From NCBI GenBank assembly GCA_001780725.1, contig MFIM01000005.1, positions 2,127 through 66,126 of the forward strand: a stretch of DNA of 64,000 bases. Direction: 5' to 3'. Shown piece by piece: positions 9,056 through 19,391 of the stretch. Under the pieces are notes generated by a model that saw only the letters and a list, made by a program, of their open reading frames with translations, was not told where the DNA came from and did no database searches. Source of the DNA: Candidatus Giovannonibacteria bacterium RIFCSPLOWO2_02_FULL_45_28. Its GTDB lineage: Bacteria > Patescibacteriota > Minisyncoccia > UBA11713 > 2-01-FULL-45-33. The position numbers were made by a program, and so were the translations under genes. The number at the start of each line of letters is the position of its first letter. Position 1 is the first letter of the stretch.

Positions 9056-10186
9056 TTAAGCATTCTCCGGTATTTTAAATAAAGGGCTTTCCGCCAAAAA
9101 CTTTTTTGAATTTTCTTGTATCTGTTTTTCCATATATTCTCGGTCAAAATAGCCTACCCATTTTATTTTTGGCAGCAGCATCCCGCCGTAGCGTTCTTTG
9201 AAAATACCTATAGAAATTTCTTTAGCGGTTGGGATATAAAACGGCTGCGGGCCATAAAACCTCTCTCCTATTTCATAAAATTTAAAGCCGTTTTTTTTAT
9301 AAAAAAGCATGGCTTCCCACTCCAAAAGATGGCGCGGAGAATATTCTTTTTCGTATTTTTCAACGTTGGCTTGCGACCAACCGAAGGCCATGAGAAAAAA
9401 CTCACCGCAATACAAATAACTTATCGGCGTATCACGAAGAAATGCGATAAAAAGCGAAGCGTGACCAGCACGGATTCCGTCCAGCATGGCATCCCATGTT
9501 GCTTGCGGGCGAGTCTGGCGGCCAGCCGCCGCGAGATGCGCCCCCTGAAATTGCCGGAACTGTTCCGGCGTCTCCGCAAAATTATTTTTGGAATTAAATA
9601 CCCTGATTGCGATGCCCCTTTTCGCTCCCCTTTTTATGTGGCGGTAATGGTATTTCCCCAAATTATCTGCTAGCGCTTCTTCTGATAAAGAAAGGTCGGT
9701 TACCAAAGTGTTCTCCACATAGTAATGCAGGCCATAACGCAGCAAGCCAAACGAATTTTCGTTCGCCAAGCGGCCAGCTCCGGACATTGCCAAACTGTTT
9801 AACGGATGCCAGCCGAAGCTTATCTGCCGCGCATTATGCACATTTCCGTAAGATTGATAAATATCCAAAATCTTATCCAACGTATCACGATATGTGCCAG
9901 CCGAAATGTCGCATAAAGCAGGCGCTCCGCAGGGAGAATGCCCGAAAGAGATCGCGGCAATATTTTCTTTATCAAAAAAACTTAAAGCCATTGGACAAAC
10001 AGCAACCGGTTCTTTATTTTTATCCAACAAAACAAACGATGCATTTTCCCTAACCTCTGGAAATTGGCTAATATAATTTATCCAGTGCCAAGTATGGTAA
10101 TAGCTCGCCGACCCACCCACTTTTTGGACCCAGCCGTCCCAAACGGCGGGATCAACATCTTTATAATAAATAATTTTTGGCTCCAT
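9056..10186 (-). CDS. FemAB / BioF2-like (Acetyltransf_6) GNAT-fold transferase
   Basis: 376 aa with LGKYHYRHIKRGAKRGIAIRVF (R..I.KA.K.G motif of FemAB/BioF2-like) and C-terminal GNAT-like region. Confidence 0.5.
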   Translation of the reverse strand: MEPKIIYYKDVDPAVWDGWVQKVGGSASYYHTWHWINYISQFPEVRENASFVLLDKNKEPVAVCPMALSFFDKENIAAISFGHSPCGAPALCDISAGTYRDTLDKILDIYQSYGNVHNARQISFGWHPLNSLAMSGAGRLANENSFGLLRYGLHYYVENTLVTDLSLSEEALADNLGKYHYRHIKRGAKRGIAIRVFNSKNNFAETPEQFRQFQGAHLAAAGRQTRPQATWDAMLDGIRAGHASLFIAFLRDTPISYLYCGEFFLMAFGWSQANVEKYEKEYSPRHLLEWEAMLFYKKNGFKFYEIGERFYGPQPFYIPTAKEISIGIFKERYGGMLLPKIKWVGYFDREYMEKQIQENSKKFLAESPLFKIPENA

Positions 10187-10187
10187 A

Positions 10188-11648
10188 TTATCCAGCGTTT
10201 AATTTCTTTAATTCGGCCTCAATAGCCCCGGCGATATTCTCCGAGTTTTGCCGCACGCTTATTTTGGAAAGAGAAGTCCGCTGTATGTAAGGATGAAAAT
10301 ACGCTTGAAGACTTACCCTGTCCAGGCACGTCAAAAAATTAATGATTTTTTCTTGGGATACTTTAAATCCGTTTTTAATTTTTTCCAGCGCCTCCCGGCA
10401 AGATGCCGCGTCTTTAATTTTAAATACGCCTTCCGAATGCTGGTACCATGGGTAGCCAAAAATCAAAGCCGGCTTTCCGCGTAAAATCGCCTCCCAGCCA
10501 ACCGTACCGGCCCCTGTAGCCACCGCTTGCGAATGGCGGATTAATTGGAAAGAATCCGTTTCTATCGGCACAAGTCTTACATTCTTTAATTTGGCGATCT
10601 CCCTGTAATATCCTTTATATCTGCAATCATAATAATTAAGCCCACGCCGCAGCCAGACAATACGGTGCTCTTTTACATAAACCAACCAGCCTTCCGGAAG
10701 AACGGAAGCTAAAGTTTCAACCATCAAAATCTGGTCGGAAAAAACTCCGGCCTGCGGGCAAGTCTGCGCCTCCGGCTGGTATTGCAAAGTAACGTAAACA
10801 TATTTTTTACCGAAATCCGGCGCTGATTGGACGGAAAGGTGCTCTTTTTTAAGGTTGGGCCCGAACTGCCTTGGCAAGTAAGTAAGCGCTTTCCACAATA
10901 CGGAAATCTCCTTAAGCACGGTGAGCGTCGTCCACAAAGAACGGAGCTTTATTAAAAACTGGCTCAAACCTCTATATCTCACGAGATCCTCTTTTAGATA
11001 AAGCGGACTTTTGTCTCCGCCGTTTTCAGTTTGGCTTTTATAATGCGCTCTTGTGTCCGGATTTAAATCCGCCAAAGAAAATCGGCTGTACGCGTTTTCT
11101 TTGATTTGTTTTATCAGATCCGCCGAACCAGCCTTATAATCGTTCATCACTATCACCCAGCCGTTAGCGATCAAAATGTCTTCAAATATTATTATTTTAA
11201 TTCCTAGTTTCCTTGCCAGATCGTATATGACAAAATCGTACACCGTGTGCGGTATAGACGAATAAATAATCGCGTCCGGCTTTAATTTTTTAATCACGCC
11301 GTACCAATACTGGAGAAAATGATGATAAAAATGCTTACGCTGTTCAATCGGGCTCCATTCAAACTTTTTGTGCATCATAGTCAGAATTACAGATTCCGTT
11401 TCATAAAATTGTTTTAAAAGATCTTCGCCAGGCGGCAAAAAATCTAATGTATCTATGCCGTCAGCCGGCTTGCCCGCAAGCGCATCAAAAACATTATGGA
11501 AAACAGTTTTCGGAAATTTAGACTTATCAATACTTTCATCGCGAAAATAAGTCCAATAGACTATTTCGTGCGAGTTTTCTTTTAGTTTGAGGGCGGCATC
11601 TATCAAACCGAGCTCTTTCCCGTCCCAGCTTATTAAAAATAATTTCAT
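10188..11648 (-). CDS. Capsule_synth (KpsC/KpsS-like, PF05159) family protein; candidate ulosonic-acid transferase
   Basis: 486 aa with YVTLQYQPE ... VYVKEHR ... GYPWY patterns shared with the second copy at 23808..25313. Confidence 0.45.
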   Translation of the reverse strand: MKLFLISWDGKELGLIDAALKLKENSHEIVYWTYFRDESIDKSKFPKTVFHNVFDALAGKPADGIDTLDFLPPGEDLLKQFYETESVILTMMHKKFEWSPIEQRKHFYHHFLQYWYGVIKKLKPDAIIYSSIPHTVYDFVIYDLARKLGIKIIIFEDILIANGWVIVMNDYKAGSADLIKQIKENAYSRFSLADLNPDTRAHYKSQTENGGDKSPLYLKEDLVRYRGLSQFLIKLRSLWTTLTVLKEISVLWKALTYLPRQFGPNLKKEHLSVQSAPDFGKKYVYVTLQYQPEAQTCPQAGVFSDQILMVETLASVLPEGWLVYVKEHRIVWLRRGLNYYDCRYKGYYREIAKLKNVRLVPIETDSFQLIRHSQAVATGAGTVGWEAILRGKPALIFGYPWYQHSEGVFKIKDAASCREALEKIKNGFKVSQEKIINFLTCLDRVSLQAYFHPYIQRTSLSKISVRQNSENIAGAIEAELKKLNAG

Positions 11649-11652
11649 CCCG

Positions 11653-13434
11653 TTAAGTTCTTAAATTATAAACTTTAAAGAAATAAGAATCTTTGTCTTT
11701 TAGCAACTCCTTCGGCGCGCCCTCTTCAATAATTTTTCCGCCATCAAGAACCAACAGCCTGTCCGCAACCATAACCGTAGAAAGCCTGTGAGCGACAGCG
11801 AGAACCGTAACTCCCCCTTTCAAGCTTTCAATGGCTTTTTGGATGAGCGATTCCGATTCGTTATCTAAAGCGCTGGTAGCTTCGTCCAAAATCAAAACTT
11901 GCGGGCGCCTCGCAAGAACTCGCGCCAAAATAATTCTCTGCCTCTGGCCGCCCGATAGCAAAATACCGCGCTCGCCGACGGCCGTGTCAAATTTATTCGG
12001 CAAAGATTCCACAAAATCGTAGATGTTAGCCACCTTCGCGGCCTGCGTTATATCCTCGTCGGACACCGTGTCGCCGTAAAACTTTATATTGTTTTTAATA
12101 GTATCATTTAAAAGAAAAATATCCTGCGACACATATCCTATATTTTTCCGCCAATCCTCAATGCGGATATTTGAGGCATTTTCGCCGTCCAAGAAAATCT
12201 GCCCCTCCCGCGAGACATAAAGCCGCAAAATTAAATCAACGATTGTCGTTTTCCCGGCGCCGGATGGTCCGATTAACCCAACCATCTCGCCCTTTTTTAT
12301 TATAAAACTTACGTCATTAATGACTCCGCCGGCATTATCGTAAGCAAAACTTACATTTTTAAATTCTAGGCGATTATTGAATCCAAAATTTTTGATTCCG
12401 CCGTCTTTTTCTTTGCGTTTCATCATGCCGTTCCTGTAATTGTACACGCTGGCCAAATAAGGCGCCGATGAATAAATGGCTTGCGCGCTGGATTGCGCTA
12501 TCTGGATATAAGCCACTACTTTATTTATCGCATAAACGACTACCGCGAAAGAGGCAAAATTAAACGCAGTCGTTTTGTAAAAAAAAGCAAATATGCCGAC
12601 AACAAAAATCGCGCCCATCGGCTGCAGAAGCGCGGATGTGGCATTTCTTAATATATCAATTTTCATGTTCAAATCTTTCAACTTATCAAAATATTTCCTG
12701 CCTTTTTCTATAATACGCGCCCCAACCATAGCGGCCTTTACCGTTTTCATGCCGATTATGTTTTCGTTGACGAAGTGCGCCAGCTCTTTATACAATTTTG
12801 CGGTTTCTTCGGATATGCTTGCGTTTTTGCGAAACAGGGGTTTCAAAATAAAAAGCACGGCCGCCCCCAACAAAAGCGTGAGCGTGGCTATAATTGGCGA
12901 GATGTTGACCACAAGCAAACTGTACACCGCCAAATTGGCCACGACCAAAATTGAGTCGCTGATATAAGCAAGAAGCTTGGAGCTGTGGTTAATATCCGTA
13001 GTTAAAACCTGATCAAGGTGGCCAATTTTCTGCCGCGAGAGATATGGCCAGTCGGCTTTCAACGTCAACGCAAAAAGCTCGCTTCTGGTTTTAGTTGCGT
13101 ACATATAAGTAATTTTGGTTATAACAAAGTTCGCGAAAAACAAAACAACGGCCTTAATCAAAAACAGCACAATAATAAAGACCAGCAAAGAAGCGAGAGT
13201 ATAACTCAAATTGAAATAAGCAAAAAAGTTCTCTATCGTTTTTGAAATTATATCGGTCCCTTTGACCGCGTCGCGGCTTACAAAAGCAAACAGGGGAATT
13301 ATTGCGTTAATGCCGACGCCCTCCAAAATGCCGCTTACAAAACTCAAAATGGCCAATATAATTATCTGAAATTTATACCGGCCGAATTCTTTCCTGAAAA
13401 GACACAGCAAATCTCTTACGCTTGTTCCGTCCAT
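11653..13434 (-). CDS. ABC exporter, fused permease + ATPase (MsbA-like)
   Basis: 593 aa with an N-terminal 6-TM domain, Walker A GPSGAGKTT, ABC signature LSGGQRQR and Walker B ILILDEATSALD. Confidence 0.8.
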   Translation of the reverse strand: MDGTSVRDLLCLFRKEFGRYKFQIIILAILSFVSGILEGVGINAIIPLFAFVSRDAVKGTDIISKTIENFFAYFNLSYTLASLLVFIIVLFLIKAVVLFFANFVITKITYMYATKTRSELFALTLKADWPYLSRQKIGHLDQVLTTDINHSSKLLAYISDSILVVANLAVYSLLVVNISPIIATLTLLLGAAVLFILKPLFRKNASISEETAKLYKELAHFVNENIIGMKTVKAAMVGARIIEKGRKYFDKLKDLNMKIDILRNATSALLQPMGAIFVVGIFAFFYKTTAFNFASFAVVVYAINKVVAYIQIAQSSAQAIYSSAPYLASVYNYRNGMMKRKEKDGGIKNFGFNNRLEFKNVSFAYDNAGGVINDVSFIIKKGEMVGLIGPSGAGKTTIVDLILRLYVSREGQIFLDGENASNIRIEDWRKNIGYVSQDIFLLNDTIKNNIKFYGDTVSDEDITQAAKVANIYDFVESLPNKFDTAVGERGILLSGGQRQRIILARVLARRPQVLILDEATSALDNESESLIQKAIESLKGGVTVLAVAHRLSTVMVADRLLVLDGGKIIEEGAPKELLKDKDSYFFKVYNLRT

Positions 13435-14360
13435 GATTCTGGGATATGACCGCTTGCTATTGTGCGCGCGATGCCTTCGTCTAAAGTTATTTTTGGTTCG
13501 TAGCCAAGTATCCGTCTGGCCTTTGAGATGTCCGGAATCCTGTTTATGATTTCACGCGCGTTTTTGCGGTCCGCGTGCTCTTCTTTTACAAATTCTACTC
13601 CGAGATTATTTTTACCTGCCGAAGCCGTAACCTTATTTGCCAAATCCAGCATGCTGGTAGCCGCTCGGTCATTGCCGATATTAAACACGTGTCCATTTGC
13701 TTCTTTGCTGGTCAAAGCTAAATACACGCCCTCCACAGCATCGTCAACATAGCAAAACGATCTCACCTGTTTTCCGTCTCCGTTGATTATAGGCGGCGTT
13801 CCAATCATCGCAGCGCGGATAAATTTGGGAAGCACAAATTCCGCAACCTGTCCCGGCCCGTAAACATTAAAAAATCGGACAATGGAATAATCCAGCCCGT
13901 GCGTCTGATGATAAGCTTTTACGTATTCTTCTCCGGCCAATTTGGAAACTGCATATACTGATTTAGGAAAAGTTTTATCGTCTTCACTTATGGGAGTTTT
14001 CGCGGGTTCGCCATAAACCTCGGAGGATGAGGAAAGAACTATTTTTTTAATTCCCGCCTTAACCGCGGCGTCCAAAACATTGATTGTCCCAAGCGTGTTT
14101 ACGTTGAGGCATTTTAACCGCTGGTTTTCCGTGCGCGCGACGCCCAACACCGCTGCCAAATGCACAACGTAATCGCAGCCTTTCATTGCCTTATAAAGCT
14201 CGTCTGGAAACATTATTGTGCCAACAATGTGCTCTCCAACCGTTTTCGGCGGCTGAAAAAGGTCAAAAGTTTTTACTTCCAAACCCTTGGACGCAAAATA
14301 CTTGGCCATAGTGTGCCCAATAAATCCAGCGCCTCCGGTAATTAAAACTTTTTTGCTCAT
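13416..14360 (-). CDS. NAD-dependent sugar epimerase/dehydratase (extended SDR)
   Basis: 314 aa with VLITGGAGFIGHT...YAVSK (YxxxK). Confidence 0.75.
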   Translation of the reverse strand: MSKKVLITGGAGFIGHTMAKYFASKGLEVKTFDLFQPPKTVGEHIVGTIMFPDELYKAMKGCDYVVHLAAVLGVARTENQRLKCLNVNTLGTINVLDAAVKAGIKKIVLSSSSEVYGEPAKTPISEDDKTFPKSVYAVSKLAGEEYVKAYHQTHGLDYSIVRFFNVYGPGQVAEFVLPKFIRAAMIGTPPIINGDGKQVRSFCYVDDAVEGVYLALTSKEANGHVFNIGNDRAATSMLDLANKVTASAGKNNLGVEFVKEEHADRKNAREIINRIPDISKARRILGYEPKITLDEGIARTIASGHIPESWTEQA

Positions 14361-15508
14361 GTTTTATATTTTTTTACTATTTCTTGTATTGATGAAATGA
14401 CGTAATTCACTTCTTTGTTTTTCAAACCCGGGTAAATCGGGAGCGACAGCGCGTTTTTCTCAAAAGCAATTGAATTTGGAAACTCATTGTCATTATAACG
14501 CCCCATGCCTTTAAATACATTTTGCTTATGCAGGCATGGATAATATAATCTCGCCTGGACGCCTCTTAAGCCAAGCTCATCAATAAATTTATCCCTATCA
14601 ATAGATAAAGCTCCAGGAATCAGCATTATTGTGTAAAGCTGAAAATTAATATCTTTTCTGGTTCTTTCGTACGGAGTAACTATACAGCCAAGTTTATTGA
14701 GCTCTTTTGTGTAACGATGAGCAATGGACATTCTCATTGCCACAGCTCTCTCCAGCTTCGCAAGCTGAACAAGGCCTATCGCCCCCATCGTTTCCGGCAT
14801 CCGGAAATGAAAACCGAATTCGTGCCACTGAAATTTGTTTATGTCATAAAAATTTCTGATTAGTTTGCATTTTTTTGCCAATTCCGCATTGTTGGTTGTA
14901 ATCATTCCCCCCTCGCCCGTAGTCATCGGCTTTGAGGGAGTAAAACTAAAAATGCCGATATCGCCTATTCCGCCCACTTTCCTGCCATTATACTCCGCCA
15001 AATGAGCTTCCGCCGCGTCTTCTACGACAAACAGTTTGTGTTTTCTTGCGATTTTTAATATCGGATCCAAATCGCATGACTGCCCGGCATAGTGAACCGG
15101 AATAATAGCTTTGAGTTTTTTCCGCCTGCTGGCGGGCAGGTTTGCAATTCTTTTGACAATGGCTTCTGGGTCAATACCGTAAGTTTTCATCTCAATATCC
15201 GCAAATACCGGCCTCGCTCCAAGATATAAAGAAGAAGAAGCCGTGGAAATAAATGTCATATTAGGAACAATGACCTCGTCTCCGCGCCCGATACCCAAAG
15301 CCTGCTGGACCACAAGCAAAGCCGATGATCCGCTGTTTACCGCAATGGCGTATTTAACGCCGATTTTTTTGGCGAATTCCCGTTCAAATTTCTCCACTAA
15401 AGGACCGGATATCAAATAGCCGGATTTCACTACGCGGTAAGCCGCTTCTGGCTCTCTCCGGTCAAACCACGGCTTGGCCAAATTAATCTTAATTTTTTTC
15501 TTTGCCAT
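14357..15508 (-). CDS. DegT/DnrJ/EryC1 aminotransferase
   Basis: DegT domain begins at MAKKKIKINLAKPWFDRREPEAA. The ORF-track N-terminal 97 aa extension overlaps the upstream gene and is probably not translated, so the ATG at 15508..15506 was chosen. Confidence 0.7.
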   Translation of the reverse strand: MAKKKIKINLAKPWFDRREPEAAYRVVKSGYLISGPLVEKFEREFAKKIGVKYAIAVNSGSSALLVVQQALGIGRGDEVIVPNMTFISTASSSLYLGARPVFADIEMKTYGIDPEAIVKRIANLPASRRKKLKAIIPVHYAGQSCDLDPILKIARKHKLFVVEDAAEAHLAEYNGRKVGGIGDIGIFSFTPSKPMTTGEGGMITTNNAELAKKCKLIRNFYDINKFQWHEFGFHFRMPETMGAIGLVQLAKLERAVAMRMSIAHRYTKELNKLGCIVTPYERTRKDINFQLYTIMLIPGALSIDRDKFIDELGLRGVQARLYYPCLHKQNVFKGMGRYNDNEFPNSIAFEKNALSLPIYPGLKNKEVNYVISSIQEIVKKYKT

Positions 15509-15542
15509 TTGTATATAAATAACTAATCCAAACGCCGTAGTG

Positions 15543-16607
15543 TTACTTGCCATATTCGGGAAAAAACTCTGCGGATTCGTAAGCCAATTCGCTTTCTTTT
15601 TTTCCGGCAAGCGCGCAAAGCTCTTTATATTTCGGCAAATTATGGATTTTTTTATACATATAAAAATCCCTTGTTTTTTGGGAAAATGATTTTTTAAATT
15701 CAAAAAGCTTGTCGTCTTCGGCGCCGGATCGCCCGCCGCCCAAATCGTAATATTTATAACCCACCGTTTTCGACCAAACCACAATTTCGTCCACCACAAA
15801 ATCGTTTGGCCTCAAGTCAAGAAGGGCTGGATCCGATGCACGCAAATAATCGTAAAGCGTTTCGCCGCATCCCAAAACCACCGAGGAGGCGGCTAATTTA
15901 CCATCAAAGTAAACGTTAAATAACTCCGCGCCGTCCCGCAAACTTTCAAACATATCCAAAAAAAACTTTTGATTAAAATAATAAAACGGTCTTGTTTCTT
16001 TTCTGTGCTTAAGCGAAGCCGTGTAAAGATTAAAAAACTTTTTAATGCCGTCTTCATCTTTTTGGCGCACAACCTTGAGTCCGCTACGGTGTGCTTTATT
16101 TATATTTTTTCTTGCTTTATATAAATATTCTTTGCGTACGGATTCCAAATCCTGATTTAAATCTATGTATACAATTTTTCTATTAAACGGCGTTTGAGCA
16201 TCGCTTTCATAAAACTTGTGGTTTTCAAGCATTGGATTAAGCCTTTGAAATTCGCTTACGATATTATTTTCTAAACAATATTTATTAAGCTCCGGCAAAA
16301 AGTTATTTATATGAATTCGGGCCGTCTCTATATTTTTAAAATTATATATCGGCCCGCCGTAATACCACGAAGAAACCATGTCTTTATACGGAGCCGCGAA
16401 CGGTAAAGTCCTTTCAAAAATCGGCAGGAGGATTTTGCAGGCGCCGCTATCGTAATAAAAATATATCGCCCGCTCTCCGGTGTAATTTTGAAAGAGCCGC
16501 AAATAACGCGGGTCGGAATATATGTCCGCCTTCGGGAACCACGCGAGTATTTTTTTTATCTCGGCCTCGTCCTCCAGTGTTAGTGTTTTTAAACTATATT
16601 GGACCAT
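15543..16607 (-). CDS. FemAB / BioF2-like (Acetyltransf_6) GNAT-fold transferase
   Basis: 354 aa with VRKEYLYKARKNINKAHRSGLKVV motif. Paralogous in fold to 9056..10186. Confidence 0.5.
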   Translation of the reverse strand: MVQYSLKTLTLEDEAEIKKILAWFPKADIYSDPRYLRLFQNYTGERAIYFYYDSGACKILLPIFERTLPFAAPYKDMVSSWYYGGPIYNFKNIETARIHINNFLPELNKYCLENNIVSEFQRLNPMLENHKFYESDAQTPFNRKIVYIDLNQDLESVRKEYLYKARKNINKAHRSGLKVVRQKDEDGIKKFFNLYTASLKHRKETRPFYYFNQKFFLDMFESLRDGAELFNVYFDGKLAASSVVLGCGETLYDYLRASDPALLDLRPNDFVVDEIVVWSKTVGYKYYDLGGGRSGAEDDKLFEFKKSFSQKTRDFYMYKKIHNLPKYKELCALAGKKESELAYESAEFFPEYGK

Positions 16608-17716
16608 TTGCCTAGAATTTTTATTATTTTGTCATCTGCATTTTTTTGGGCGTAAGGATTATGAATACGCGTTATCTTCCGCCTGAATTTGGCGGACATG
16701 ACTCGCCTGAACGCCGAGATAATGCTGGCTTTATTATGGCCTGCATCAATAATATTGGCGACGCGTTCCCGGCCTTCCTGCCTTAAACCAATATTTACCG
16801 CCGGCAAACCAAAAGATGGCGCTTCAAAAAGCGCGCTGCTTGAATTGCCGACCATCGTGCTTGCCAAACTCATAAGACCTAGAAAATCTCTACGCGGAAT
16901 ACTTTTAAAAACGCGGAGATACGATAATTTTTGATATTTTTTTATAACCGCGATGATTTGTTTGCTGCCGGAATCGGAATTGGGATATATAAGCACGGAT
17001 TGCATCTGCAATTTTTTTAAAGCCTCCATAGTTTGGCGCATCTGCTCTCCGGCGCGGTCGGGCTCCGTGGTAACCGGGTGCTGTACAACCAGCAAAACAG
17101 GACGGCTTAAATCAAGTTTATACTTTTTGGCAATCGCCAGTTTATCTTCTTTGCTGAAACTATGCTTCTCTGACATTCCGGGGTTACCGACCGCGAACAC
17201 GAATTTTTTATTTTCGCCCATGCGGACGAGATTTTTGGCGCTTTTTTTACTTTCTGCAAAATGCAAAGTGGAAAACTTGGTAATGGCGTGCCGCACCCGT
17301 TCATCTATTGTCGCTCCGGTAGTCATATCTCCGCCAGATATATGCGCCACGGGAATGTTAAGATGTGAGGCCGCGATTGCCGCGGCAAGCAATTCTCCGC
17401 GGTCTCCGGTTACCATCACCAAATCCGGCCGTTCACGTAAAAACGCGCCGGTGATGCCGAGGATTCCGTAGCCGACAGATTTGGCCATGCCGGCAAGACT
17501 GCTGTCTTCAACATGCATATTCACTTTAGCCGCAATCCGGAACTTGTCCTTTTTTATATCCTCCAATGTAAAACCGTGTTTTTTGCTAAAATGCATTCCG
17601 GTCACAATTAAAGACAAATTAAATTTTCCGGAAGCCCGCATCTTAAGTAGCAATTCCTTCATTACTCCGTACTCTGCTCGCGACCCGGTAACATAAATTA
17701 TTTTTTTCGTTTTCAT
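16589..17716 (-). CDS. neuC: UDP-N-acetylglucosamine 2-epimerase (hydrolysing), NeuC/LegG-like
   Basis: 375 aa with IIYVTGSRAEYGVMKELL...LIVTGMHFSKKHG, characteristic of NeuC. Confidence 0.7.
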   Translation of the reverse strand: MKTKKIIYVTGSRAEYGVMKELLLKMRASGKFNLSLIVTGMHFSKKHGFTLEDIKKDKFRIAAKVNMHVEDSSLAGMAKSVGYGILGITGAFLRERPDLVMVTGDRGELLAAAIAASHLNIPVAHISGGDMTTGATIDERVRHAITKFSTLHFAESKKSAKNLVRMGENKKFVFAVGNPGMSEKHSFSKEDKLAIAKKYKLDLSRPVLLVVQHPVTTEPDRAGEQMRQTMEALKKLQMQSVLIYPNSDSGSKQIIAVIKKYQKLSYLRVFKSIPRRDFLGLMSLASTMVGNSSSALFEAPSFGLPAVNIGLRQEGRERVANIIDAGHNKASIISAFRRVMSAKFRRKITRIHNPYAQKNADDKIIKILGKWSNIV

Positions 17717-18795
17717 GATAAAAGATTTTCTGTGATAAATTCATCTTTGGCAATATCGGCGGCGGCGAGCTTTCCGACGACTTGTTTATAAACTCGCGGC
17801 GGAAGACCCAAAGCCGGACGCTTATAAGCCAGCATGCCCGCATCAATCGTCTCTCTATTTTTAATGTCACGCCTTGCAACAATTCCCTTGCGAGTTGCTT
17901 TCCTCGTCTCAAGTTCCATCTTTGTGGGTTTCTTTTCAGGGTCGCCGAGCATAATGCGGGCATGTTCCGCTTGGCGGATAGCTTCTACCATTGCTTTGAG
18001 CTCACCCGGCAAAAGCGACATTCTGTGGTCGGGTCCGGGAAGAGTTTTGTCCAAAGTAAAATGTTTCTCTATCAAAACCGCTCCTAAAAGCACCGCCAAA
18101 GACGCGGCCTCTACCCCTTCGCTGTGGTCCGAAAATCCGACAAGGCACCCTAATTCGTTTTTAAGCGTGCTCATCGCGTTCAGGTTTAAATCTTCCGGCG
18201 GCGTCGGATAGCTTGAAGTGCAATGCAAAAGAATTACATCTTTATTGCCCAAAGCGCTGACTGTATCCAGCGCCTCTTTCACTTCCGCCAAATCCGCCAT
18301 GCCGGTTGAGATAATCATGGGCCTCCCAAACGCGGCGATCTTCTCCAGCATCGGAATCGTAACTAAATCATTGGAAGCGATCTTAAACGCCGGCACATCA
18401 AGCTTCATAAGTAAATCTGCGCTAACCTCCTCCGACGGAGTTGAAATAAATATTATGTTTTTCTTTTTGCAATAATCCATCAAAACGCGGTGCTCTTCCT
18501 CGCCGAACTCCATTTTTTTTATCATATCTATGTACGATTCGCTGTCTCCCGTTTCGTCCTTTTGATAATCCACCTTATACGCCTTTTCCGTATTTTCTTC
18601 CTCGGCCTTAAAAGTTTGGAACTTCACCGCATCAGCCCCCGCGTCTTTGGCGGCGTCAATAAGTTTTTTGGCCAGTTTCATACTGCCGTTGTGATTCAAG
18701 CCCGCTTCTGCAACAATAAAAACCGGCCCGCAATCTTTCAGCGTTTTGGAACCAATACGAATCTGTTTTGCGAAATTGTGTTTGTTTTTAATCAT
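17713..18795 (-). CDS. neuB: nonulosonic acid synthase (NeuB/PseI/LegI family) with C-terminal SAF domain
   Basis: PVFIVAEAGLNHNGSMKLAKKLIDAAKDAGADAVKFQTFKAEE is typical of NeuB. The likely start is the internal ATG at 18795, which abuts the upstream stop. Confidence 0.75.
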   Translation of the reverse strand: MIKNKHNFAKQIRIGSKTLKDCGPVFIVAEAGLNHNGSMKLAKKLIDAAKDAGADAVKFQTFKAEEENTEKAYKVDYQKDETGDSESYIDMIKKMEFGEEEHRVLMDYCKKKNIIFISTPSEEVSADLLMKLDVPAFKIASNDLVTIPMLEKIAAFGRPMIISTGMADLAEVKEALDTVSALGNKDVILLHCTSSYPTPPEDLNLNAMSTLKNELGCLVGFSDHSEGVEAASLAVLLGAVLIEKHFTLDKTLPGPDHRMSLLPGELKAMVEAIRQAEHARIMLGDPEKKPTKMELETRKATRKGIVARRDIKNRETIDAGMLAYKRPALGLPPRVYKQVVGKLAAADIAKDEFITENLLS

Positions 18796-19391
18796 TTTGT
18801 CGCCTCTACGCACCATAATTTTGTAATAGCTCGCCGGTTGTCCATCGTCCTTTTTGAATAATCAACTTTTAAGTCCCTGAACGGCAAAAAGAGTTGTTTT
18901 ATTTCCGCAAGTTTAAAAAAGTGTTCCATCAAGATCCAATGCATATTTTTTTCTTCCGCTATCATCGTACCGAAAAATTTTCCTCCCGGTTTTAACACCC
19001 GATAAACCTCGCCCATTATTTTTTTGATATTTTGATACGAGTTACTCTGAATGCTCGCTATATCCGTAACAGAGTCAAAATAATTATCGGGCCAGTCCAA
19101 TTTAACAATATCGCCAATTTTAAAATCGGCTTTAAGTTTTTCTGCCTTAAATCTTCGCCGCGCGATTTTAATCGCAGTTTTGGATCCGTCAATTCCGACA
19201 ACTGAAAATCCTTCGCGGGCCATATACCAAGTTGCGGCACCAGTGCCACAACCCAAGTCCAAAATTTTAATTTTGCTTCGGTCCGGCGCCGCGTAATAAT
19301 TTCGCGCCACAAAACGCACCAGCACCTCTGGCGGATATTTGCCCCACTCTTTGGAGCTGAAAACTTTTTCCCAAGTTTTATCCCAACTCAT
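18792..19391 (-). CDS. class I SAM-dependent methyltransferase
   Basis: 199 aa with motif I ILDLGCGTGAATWYMA and post-I VVGIDGS. Confidence 0.65.
   Translation of the reverse strand: MSWDKTWEKVFSSKEWGKYPPEVLVRFVARNYYAAPDRSKIKILDLGCGTGAATWYMAREGFSVVGIDGSKTAIKIARRRFKAEKLKADFKIGDIVKLDWPDNYFDSVTDIASIQSNSYQNIKKIMGEVYRVLKPGGKFFGTMIAEEKNMHWILMEHFFKLAEIKQLFLPFRDLKVDYSKRTMDNRRAITKLWCVEATK

Noticed and set aside
14357-15799. 97-aa N-terminal extension of the DegT aminotransferase given by the ORF track
   Set aside because: The extension overlaps the upstream FemAB-like gene by 257 nt and has no similarity to DegT N-termini. The internal ATG at 15508 gives the canonical start (…LAKPWFDRREPEAA).
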